From assembly GCA_031296115.1 (NCBI GenBank), contig JARLGI010000076.1:2806-66805 (forward strand): a stretch of DNA of 64,000 bases, written 5' to 3'. Position numbers and translations under genes: made by a program. Position 1 is the stretch's first letter, and every line of letters begins with the position of its first letter. The notes under the pieces were generated by a model. The model was not told the origin of the DNA and did not search any database. It was given only the letters and a program-made list of their open reading frames with translations. This DNA is from Acidobacteriota bacterium (GTDB lineage Bacteria > Acidobacteriota > Terriglobia > Terriglobales > Acidobacteriaceae). Positions 54,565-62,276 of the stretch are shown piece by piece.

Positions 54565-56616
54565 ATGAAAGACAAGCTCAAATCACTATGGCGGTTCTTC
54601 TTCGGAGACAGCGCGCGCGCCTTCGGCTCAGCAAGTCTTATCCTCCTGGCGCTGCTCGCCATCTCTCCGGCCAAAGACCACTTCAGCCAGTGGCGTCATT
54701 ACCAGAAGCAGTACCTGCACCTCATCCGCGGACGCGCCGATGCTGTCACTCTGGAGCGTCATTTCCAAGGCGGCATCCAGCAGATATGGATCCCCGAGCA
54801 GCAAGTGACCGACCGTTGCACGACCTGCCATCTCGGGCTGAAGGAAGCTAGTTTGAATGATGTCAGCGCGGTTGCGTTTCGCAAGCACCCTGTCATACCG
54901 CATTCGCTGACCGAGTTTGGCTGCACAACCTGCCATCGTGGACAGGGTGCCGCTACCACGGTCGAGGAGGCGCATAGCGCCACAGAACAATGGGAACAGC
55001 CGCTGCTTCGGGCGAAGTACATCGAATCCGGCTGCGGACAATGCCATCTGGAGAAGCAGACGGCCACTCCGTTCCTCAATCAGGGCCGGCAACTGATCTC
55101 CACTTCCGGCTGCACGAATTGTCACACCATCAAGCAGGCGGACGGAACGTACATCGTCCCCGAGGACGATCCACCGTCGCTGAAACATGTGGCCGACAAG
55201 ACGACCCGCGAGTGGGTGTATGCCTGGATCAAGGACCCTCAGGCGTATGCCAGCACGGCGACCATGCCGAACTACCATCTGAGCGACGACGACGCGCGCG
55301 ACATCTCGGCATTCATCATCGCGCAGAGTGCGCCCCTCGAGCCGCCACTCCAGCCAGTGAAGGCTGATGCAAAAGCCCCGGCCGACCCGGCCGCAGGCAC
55401 TTCGCTATACGGGCAGTCCTTCTGCGCGTCATGTCATGCCATGCAAAACGCTGCCGGAATGCTGGTCGGAGGAAATGTCGGGCCGGAGTTGACGGGCATC
55501 GGAACGAAGGCAAAGCCGGAATGGCTGCCGGATTGGGTGGCGAATCCGAACCACTATGATCCGGCAACGATGATGCCGCACTACCGCTTCGACGCCGCGC
55601 AAGTGGCAACCCTGGCCGGTTTCCTGGCGTCGAAGACGGAGCCGGATTTCCTCGCCAACGTACATCTTGACCCTGCCACACCGCAGCAGATTGAGCACGG
55701 CAAACGACTCGTCCTGGAGAACGGCTGTGCGAGCTGCCACGAGATTAACGGCATCAAGAAGCCGGAAAACTTTGCCCCCGAACTGAGCCGCATCGGCAGC
55801 AAGCCGATGTCGCAGCTCCTGTTCGTAGAGGGCGTGGAGCGCAGCCTTCCGGGATACGTTAGCGCCAAGGTGCGCAACCCGCGTGCCTTCGGCTCCTCGC
55901 TGAAGATGCCGCAGTTCAAGCTGACGCCACAGCAAGTGGATGCGATTACCACCGCGCTGTTGGCGCTCACCGACCGCGCGCAGACGCAACCACCTGCCAT
56001 GCGGATTGCCTCCGTCCAGCAGACAAAATATGAGCCCGCAGGGCACGCAGGCCAGCTCATGAAAGACCTGCGCTGCTTCACTTGTCACATGATCAACGGG
56101 CATGGCGGCGACATGGCGCCCGACCTCACGTGGGAAGGGACCGCAGTGCAGCGTGATTGGCTGACGCAATTCCTCAAGAATCCGGAGACTTTGCGGCCCG
56201 CGCTGATCCGGCGCATGCCTAAGTTCAACCTGACCGAGGCGGAGATCAATTCTCTCGCCGACTACATGATGACCGTGTATCAGACGCCGCAGTTTGATCG
56301 CGATTGGTTGCCGGTCTCGGAGTTCACGCCCGCTACGGCCGAGCAGGGGCGGCAGCTCTTCTACTCGAAGTTTGCCTGCCAGTCATGCCACATCGCCGAC
56401 TTCGCCAAAGACAAGGGCTACATTGGCCCTGCCCTGGCCGGCACTGGCAAGCGGTTCAATGCAGCCTGGGTGTATCACTGGCTGAAAGATCCGCAAGCGC
56501 TGCGCCCGGGAACCATTGAGCCCAATCAGCACATGACCGACGATGAGGCGCGCGCGTTGACTGCGTTCCTGATGTCGCTGAAGTCCACCGGATCCAAGGA
56601 GGTGGCAAAGAAATGA
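54565..56616 (+). CDS. membrane-anchored octahaem c-type cytochrome
   Basis: N-terminal TM helix. Eight CxxCH motifs: CTTCH, CTTCH, CGQCH, CTNCH, CASCH, CASCH, CFTCH, CQSCH. The later ones are followed by MP(N/H/Q/K)(Y/F)-type distal Met segments. Confidence 0.88.
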   Translation: MKDKLKSLWRFFFGDSARAFGSASLILLALLAISPAKDHFSQWRHYQKQYLHLIRGRADAVTLERHFQGGIQQIWIPEQQVTDRCTTCHLGLKEASLNDVSAVAFRKHPVIPHSLTEFGCTTCHRGQGAATTVEEAHSATEQWEQPLLRAKYIESGCGQCHLEKQTATPFLNQGRQLISTSGCTNCHTIKQADGTYIVPEDDPPSLKHVADKTTREWVYAWIKDPQAYASTATMPNYHLSDDDARDISAFIIAQSAPLEPPLQPVKADAKAPADPAAGTSLYGQSFCASCHAMQNAAGMLVGGNVGPELTGIGTKAKPEWLPDWVANPNHYDPATMMPHYRFDAAQVATLAGFLASKTEPDFLANVHLDPATPQQIEHGKRLVLENGCASCHEINGIKKPENFAPELSRIGSKPMSQLLFVEGVERSLPGYVSAKVRNPRAFGSSLKMPQFKLTPQQVDAITTALLALTDRAQTQPPAMRIASVQQTKYEPAGHAGQLMKDLRCFTCHMINGHGGDMAPDLTWEGTAVQRDWLTQFLKNPETLRPALIRRMPKFNLTEAEINSLADYMMTVYQTPQFDRDWLPVSEFTPATAEQGRQLFYSKFACQSCHIADFAKDKGYIGPALAGTGKRFNAAWVYHWLKDPQALRPGTIEPNQHMTDDEARALTAFLMSLKSTGSKEVAKK

Positions 56617-57344
56617 AACGCGCGTTGATCGCTTATTGCGGAATTACGTTGCTGCTGACGTCAGGATGCTCACGCAAGAGTAAGCAGCCCCCTCAACTTC
56701 AGGCCACCGCAAAGGGGGCGGCGATTGTCGAGTCCAGCGGCGGCAAGCAGATTGGCTACATCGGATTGCCACTCGACCAGCCGGTTGTGGTGCAAGTGAA
56801 CGACGCTTCCGGAGCAGCGGTCGCGGGGGCGGCGGTTTATTTCAGCGGAGCGCCTGGAGTTAGTTTTGAGCCTCCCGCGGCGCTGACCGATTCCAGCGGG
56901 CAAGTCACCAGCGCGGTTTCGCTGGGACAGCAGGCCGGGCGCTACAAGATCAGCGCCAGCACGCGGGACGCATCTGGCAAGAACGTGGAGATTGCGATCG
57001 AGGAAGCGGCGCTGGGCTACCAGCAAACCCTGGGAGCGCAACTCAACGCACAGTACTGTATTCGCTGCCACGACCCAGAATCGAGTCCACTGCGGGTATC
57101 CAACATGGACAACCTGTCGGTGAAGCCGCATCCTTTCACGGAGGGCGAGACTCTCAACAAGATGACGGACGCGGACCTGATTGCCCTCATTAGCCACGGC
57201 GGCCCGGCGTTGAACAAGTCGGCGGAAATGCCGCCTTGGGGTTACACGCTCTCCAAGAGCGACATCGCCGCGCTGGTGGCTTACATCCGGGCCGTTGCCG
57301 ATCCGCCGTATGAAGCCGGTGGGCTGGTGTACGCCCAGAAGTGA
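56613..57344 (+). CDS. monohaem cytochrome c lipoprotein with an Ig-like N-terminal domain
   Basis: ATGA overlap. MKRALIAYCGITLLLTSGC (lipobox). CIRCH. ..EMPPWGY... Confidence 0.8.
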   Translation: MKRALIAYCGITLLLTSGCSRKSKQPPQLQATAKGAAIVESSGGKQIGYIGLPLDQPVVVQVNDASGAAVAGAAVYFSGAPGVSFEPPAALTDSSGQVTSAVSLGQQAGRYKISASTRDASGKNVEIAIEEAALGYQQTLGAQLNAQYCIRCHDPESSPLRVSNMDNLSVKPHPFTEGETLNKMTDADLIALISHGGPALNKSAEMPPWGYTLSKSDIAALVAYIRAVADPPYEAGGLVYAQK

Positions 57345-57386
57345 CCAATGTTTGATTGCGTTTGGGCAAAAGAAGAAACTGCTGGC

Positions 57387-57656
57387 ATGAAGTTGGTCCG
57401 GGCTCTTGCCGGCTTAATTGTTCTGTTGGGAACAAAGCTTCCTTTGTCTGCACAGGCGGTCCCTCCGGCGGAGTTGCCGGATCCGGCTTCGCGACACCTC
57501 CAGCAACGCCACCTCCAGACGCTGATGGCCATCGGCCGTGAAATCGAGGCCCACAAGTTTCCCTGTCCGTTCTATTTCAGCCGGGTCCTGAACGTCCGCC
57601 ACCTGTCCTCCAAGCCGACTTTTCGGGAGTTACCGTTCAACCTCTCCATAGATTGA
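57387..57656 (+). CDS. hypothetical secreted protein, possibly a truncated fragment
   Basis: ORF 57348..57656. ATG at 57387 gives MKLVRALAGLIVLLGTKLPLSAQA (signal peptide). Only ~65 mature residues. No family recognised. Confidence 0.3.
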   Translation: MKLVRALAGLIVLLGTKLPLSAQAVPPAELPDPASRHLQQRHLQTLMAIGREIEAHKFPCPFYFSRVLNVRHLSSKPTFRELPFNLSID

Positions 57657-57789
57657 GGATTCTTGTCTTTCAGCGCGTGTGTCTGGTGTGACATGACAGA
57701 GGGAGGCCATCGTGAGGTGCCCAGCGCCATTTTTGTTACTTCACGCCTCATCACTGACAAAAGCATGCCGACTGGAGGATGCTATTTGG

Positions 57790-59511
57790 ATGAACCAAAG
57801 ATCGACTCTCCCTACCGCTTATCGTAATCGCGACAGTCGAAATTGTTCTTTGCTCGATCACCTAATCCAAAAGTCGTTGAGTGATCCGCGAGTGGCAGTT
57901 TTCTTGAACTTGCCCACAGCTGCCCGTACGAGTGCGCTGGCCACGATCCTCGACAGCGATGAAGGAATGAACTTTCGAGAGGAGGCGAGCCAGTGGATCG
58001 TTGAGGCCCTATCGGTCAGGCACTTGGTCCCCGAGCGGTATGCGGAGTGGCGGCCGGTGGTGCGCGAAGCCATGTTGTACTTTGGCTCGCATCTCTCGAC
58101 CCCACGGCTCGCACCTAAGCTAGTCGAACAGATCGAGCTTCCAGTGAATACAACGCCCGAGAAGCGTCTTCTCCGATTGATCGCAAAAGTGCCAGGATTG
58201 CAGAAGCTCGGGCAGGTGATCGCCAGGAATCGGCACTTGCATCCGCGTTTGCGACGAGCACTCACACAACTCGAAAACGGGATATGCGATGTAACTGTCG
58301 AGGAGATCCGGGCCACCATCGAGCAGAACTTAGGTCTGACGCTAAAGCAGTACAAGGTTGAGATTAAAGACAAGATCTTCTCGGAAGCAAGCGTTAGCGC
58401 GGTAGTTCGATTTACCTGGTACAACCCTGAACGGCGGCGGCGAGAGCACGGTGTGTTTAAGGTGATGAAGCCTTATGTTGCGGCGTATTTTGCCGAGGAC
58501 ATGGACCTGCTTGCACGCTTGGCAGCGCACCTTGGCTCGAGGCACCAGGAATATGGTTTCGCTGAGCACGTCCTCTCGGAAACGTTTGGCGACGTCCGTT
58601 GCTTGCTGCAGCACGAAGTGGAATTCGTCCGCGAGCAGACGAACCTGCAGAAGGCCTCGCGCGCTTACAGCTTGCTGGCGTCCATCCACATACCCCGCGT
58701 CATTCTGCCATTGTGTACTGACACGATAACTGCCATGACGGAGGAGTATGGGCAGAAGATCACGAAGGCCGTGACCAGCATGCCGAGCTGGCAACGGCGA
58801 CGCACTGCTGAGCAGCTCATCGACTCAGTGATTGCCGTTCCCCTGCTTATGCCTGGGACGAATGGCATGTTCCATGCAGATCCGCATGCCGGCAATCTTC
58901 TCTACAACAAGCGGACCAGGATCCTAACCCTTCTCGATTGGGCCCTTACCGGCCACGTGAGCGAAGAGCACCGACGGCGGTTTGCTTTGCTGTTCTTGAT
59001 GGTCCTCCTGCGCGATTCGGAGGGAGTTTGCAACGCCATCGACTCCCTCAGTATGGGAAGGAAAAAACGCGGCACCGACAAAGCGAGGATAGTCCGGAAA
59101 CAGGTAACCGACTTCTTTAGTGAACAGCCGCTAATCTGGGTGCCGAGGGCGGTAGATATCGTGGACCTGTTGGAACGAACCGCGTGGCAAGGCGTCCGCC
59201 TGCCCAATCAACTGATCATGCTGCGTAAGGTGCTGTTCACGCTGGACGGCATTCTGCACGACATCGCAGGCCCGAGCGACAGTATTGAACTCATACTGCT
59301 GCAACGCCTGCTGCAACGCTGGCTCGAGGACTTAACCTGCGTCGGCTGGCCTCTTTCAGTGCGCGACTGGATTGGGGTGTATCTGTCCGTCATGCTCTAT
59401 CCCAGCCGTTTGGCCATAGCAACTCTTCAACAGTTCTCGGGCTTACAGCGAGCCTCTGTCGCAGCTAGCGCGCATACGGAACCGGCATTTGGCTGGGTGG
59501 GGCTGAAGTAA
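57790..59511 (+). CDS. ABC1/UbiB (AarF) atypical kinase family protein
   Basis: ORF 57712..59511; ATG at 57790 chosen. ..VPGLQKLGQVIARNRHL..LENGICDV..SAVVRF..VFKVMKP..GMFHADPHAGNLLYN..LTLLDWAL... Confidence 0.82.
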   Translation: MNQRSTLPTAYRNRDSRNCSLLDHLIQKSLSDPRVAVFLNLPTAARTSALATILDSDEGMNFREEASQWIVEALSVRHLVPERYAEWRPVVREAMLYFGSHLSTPRLAPKLVEQIELPVNTTPEKRLLRLIAKVPGLQKLGQVIARNRHLHPRLRRALTQLENGICDVTVEEIRATIEQNLGLTLKQYKVEIKDKIFSEASVSAVVRFTWYNPERRRREHGVFKVMKPYVAAYFAEDMDLLARLAAHLGSRHQEYGFAEHVLSETFGDVRCLLQHEVEFVREQTNLQKASRAYSLLASIHIPRVILPLCTDTITAMTEEYGQKITKAVTSMPSWQRRRTAEQLIDSVIAVPLLMPGTNGMFHADPHAGNLLYNKRTRILTLLDWALTGHVSEEHRRRFALLFLMVLLRDSEGVCNAIDSLSMGRKKRGTDKARIVRKQVTDFFSEQPLIWVPRAVDIVDLLERTAWQGVRLPNQLIMLRKVLFTLDGILHDIAGPSDSIELILLQRLLQRWLEDLTCVGWPLSVRDWIGVYLSVMLYPSRLAIATLQQFSGLQRASVAASAHTEPAFGWVGLK

Positions 59512-59675
59512 GCGAACTTGTCGCAATTAGTCCAGTTCACGAGAAGCCGATTTGGGCATCAACTGAGATTGGCGACGCAGTCAACTTCCGGATGGCCAAC
59601 CATACGGGAGTCGAGGGATAGCTGCATCGATATGGCTGAAGGGATGCTGAGACGCCCGCTTCCGATGGGATCAGA

Positions 59676-60596
59676 CTAGAAGCCGGCGAGGTTGGGAGTG
59701 AGCTTGCGGTAGCCGTGATTCGTGGCCCAGAGGTCGAGTGAGACGGCGGCGAGTTCGTCGACGATGGGGACAGCCAGGCCGTCCTTTGTCATATCGACAG
59801 TCTTGAGGTAGTGGTGACAAGTTTCGCAGGCATCGATGCGGACATGCGGCGTTTCCTGGGGAGTGAAGACAGGAAGCAAGTCAAAGCGGTCCTCACCGCA
59901 AGCGGGGCAGACAGCCCGCAGGAAACTCCATTCATACATACAAAGTGAGCAGACGAGCGAGCGTCGCGCACCGTGGTCTTGGTCGCGGAGAACTGCACAG
60001 ATGGGCTCGGAGGCACAGATGGGGCAGATGGCGTGGCCCATGGCGGCCGAGTTGCTATATCCGGACTGAGCGAGCCATTCGGCGTAGGGCTGGAGGAAAG
60101 CAACCGCGATGAAACGATCCGCAAGCGACGAGTCACCGCTGTTCGCCGGCTCTTGTGCGAAGTCCCCATTCCAGAAACGTGTGAGGAGGTGCGCCTGTGC
60201 GACCTCGTCCGAAGCGGCGATGTCCGAAGCGCGATCACGCATGGCAGCAGGAGAGATTCCAGCGAGCGACCCCGCAAAACCGGGAAACAGCGGAAGCACG
60301 CTTTGCAGGAGCAGAGGCCAGCCATCGGTATCGGCAAGACTGCTGGAAAAGCTCCGATCCTTTGGCTTGCGCGACGAGGATGCGTCCCCGCCAGCCGTAG
60401 AGATCGAAAGAGAATCGAAGACGTGTTGTTGCGAAAACGCAAGACGAGCGTAGAAGCGAAGGAGTTCGACGCCTCCCGGATAACGCTCCGACAGTTCGTA
60501 GGCGCGTTGGATCCTCTGAGGAAAGGCAGGCCGAGGTGGTAGTTCCGGGATGAGTGGTTGATCGCCGAGCACGGTGAAAGGGTTATCGCCGCTCAT
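59676..60596 (-). CDS. fdhE: formate dehydrogenase accessory protein FdhE
   Basis: Cys-pair motifs CPICAS..CSLC..CPACGE..CETCHHYLK. Confidence 0.9.
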   Translation of the reverse strand: MSGDNPFTVLGDQPLIPELPPRPAFPQRIQRAYELSERYPGGVELLRFYARLAFSQQHVFDSLSISTAGGDASSSRKPKDRSFSSSLADTDGWPLLLQSVLPLFPGFAGSLAGISPAAMRDRASDIAASDEVAQAHLLTRFWNGDFAQEPANSGDSSLADRFIAVAFLQPYAEWLAQSGYSNSAAMGHAICPICASEPICAVLRDQDHGARRSLVCSLCMYEWSFLRAVCPACGEDRFDLLPVFTPQETPHVRIDACETCHHYLKTVDMTKDGLAVPIVDELAAVSLDLWATNHGYRKLTPNLAGF

Positions 60597-60681
60597 TGTT
60601 CCAAGCCTGTTTAGTTCCGCAACGGATCCTCGGTTATGAAACCAATCCTACTTCACGGTACGATTGAGGCACCTCGGGAGA

Positions 60682-61371
60682 TTACTTCTTAGCGGCCGAT
60701 GCACCGGTGACGCGGTCCAGCCACAAGCGGTGATGATAACGGGCCCAGGATTCGGAGACCTCGCCGCGGATTACCGAGGAAAACCCGCCGCGCACTACTG
60801 CAGTGCCCATATAAACATGGATGATAAAGCCGCCGACGGTGAACAGGAACGCTACCGGATGAAGAAACGCGGACAGCAAACGAAGCCAGCGGAGGCTCCA
60901 AGGCAAATAGTCGCTAAACCAGAGAACCAGTCCGGTGGCGAGCAGAGTGAGGCCAGCCCAGAACATCAGCCAGAACAGGTACTTCTGGCCGAGATTGAAA
61001 CGGTCAACGGGCGCGAAGCGGTCGAAACCGCGAGCCGCCTGAAGCGGATGCATCTCTTCTTCTTCATTGCGAACGTAGGCGCGTATCGTCTTCCTCCATT
61101 CCAGGTCTGTCGGTGTAATGCGCATGTCGGGCAGCCACATGCGATACATGTAGACGACAGCGGCTGTGAAGATCAGCCCCATCCAGGGGTGAACGGCGCG
61201 GCTGACCGGGCCACCACCGAGCATCATGGCAACCCACCACATCCAGGGTGTCCAGAAGGCGAGGCCGCTGAGCAGAAGGTAGATATAAGACAACGCGGCT
61301 GTCCAGTGCACCAGGCGTTCGGTGAAGTTGTAACGAAGTACGTTTCCTTGAGCGACCTTTACCGGTTTCAT
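60682..61371 (-). CDS. fdnI: formate dehydrogenase-N gamma subunit (cytochrome b556)
   Basis: ..RYNFTERLVHWTAALSYIYLLLSG..VHPWMG..FLHPVAF..IHVYM.. (four TM helices with His ligands). Confidence 0.88.
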   Translation of the reverse strand: MKPVKVAQGNVLRYNFTERLVHWTAALSYIYLLLSGLAFWTPWMWWVAMMLGGGPVSRAVHPWMGLIFTAAVVYMYRMWLPDMRITPTDLEWRKTIRAYVRNEEEEMHPLQAARGFDRFAPVDRFNLGQKYLFWLMFWAGLTLLATGLVLWFSDYLPWSLRWLRLLSAFLHPVAFLFTVGGFIIHVYMGTAVVRGGFSSVIRGEVSESWARYHHRLWLDRVTGASAAKK

Positions 61372-61382
61372 AGTCGTCCTCT

Positions 61383-62267
61383 TCAGCGTCCTGCGTCTGC
61401 CTGCTTAGCCTTGTCGTCTTCCGGGACGTGCTTCGGGCCAAAGCGAAGGTAATGGACAAAGGTACCGATGATCCCGCCAACGATGGCGATATTACCGATC
61501 CATTTCAGCGGGCCCTTCCAGATTTCCACCGCGAATGAGACGCTGGGGTCTTTCGGAAGGCCGTAAGCCTCAGGGTTCTTGCCAAAGGCGAGAATGGAGA
61601 CCACCCCGGTACCGCTGACGCCCGGAGGATCGTACACCGCCGCGTCGAGAAATCCTGCAGTTTGCAACTGGGCGACGCGCGACTTCGCTTTCTGTAGCAG
61701 TACTTCCTTGGTCCCGAAGGTGAGACAGTTCGTCGGGCAGGCCTTGATGCAGGCAGGCTCCAGCCCGACGGAGACGCGGTCCACGCAAAGCGTACATTTG
61801 TAGACCTTCTTGGTCTGCCGGCTCATCTTAGGAACGTTGAATGGACAGCCGGCAATGCAATAGCCGCAGCCGATGCAGTTGTCCTGCTGGAAATCGACGA
61901 TACCGTTGTTGTATTGGACGATCGCGCCCGGTGCAGGACAGGCCTTCAGGCATCCCGGGTCGGCGCAATGCATGCACTGGTCCTTGCGGAGGAGCCAGTG
62001 GAAAGCGCCATCGTCGGTCTCATGCTCATTGAACTTGATGAGGTTCCAGAAGCTCGGCGTGGTGTCCGGCATGGTCTGGTAGGTGCCGATCTGCACCGTG
62101 GTTTCCGGGGGCAGGTCGTTCCATTCCTGACAAGCTACTTCGCAAGCTTTGCAGCCGATGCAGGCCGATGTGTCGATGAGCTTGGCAACGACAGGTGCGC
62201 TGCGGATGCCCGGCGCAGGGGTGGAACTTGCGGACATCGCGCGAATTTCGAGAACTTTTCCAGCCAT
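61383..62267 (-). CDS. fdnH: formate dehydrogenase-N beta subunit (4x[4Fe-4S], C-terminal TM anchor)
   Basis: ..VAKLIDTSACIGCKACEVACQEWN..CMHCADPGCLKACP..CIGCGYCIAGCPF..CTLCVDRV..ACIKACP... C-terminal helix GNIAIVGGIIGTFVHYL. Confidence 0.93.
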   Translation of the reverse strand: MAGKVLEIRAMSASSTPAPGIRSAPVVAKLIDTSACIGCKACEVACQEWNDLPPETTVQIGTYQTMPDTTPSFWNLIKFNEHETDDGAFHWLLRKDQCMHCADPGCLKACPAPGAIVQYNNGIVDFQQDNCIGCGYCIAGCPFNVPKMSRQTKKVYKCTLCVDRVSVGLEPACIKACPTNCLTFGTKEVLLQKAKSRVAQLQTAGFLDAAVYDPPGVSGTGVVSILAFGKNPEAYGLPKDPSVSFAVEIWKGPLKWIGNIAIVGGIIGTFVHYLRFGPKHVPEDDKAKQADAGR

Positions 62268-62276
62268 GGTCTCCTC

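Noticed and set aside
57654-57790. TGA at 57654 read as selenocysteine, joining the stub ORF to downstream sequence
   Set aside because: The in-frame continuation (GFLSFSACVWCDMTEG...) ends after ~55 codons. It does not join the ABC1 frame, and no SECIS-like hairpin follows the TGA.
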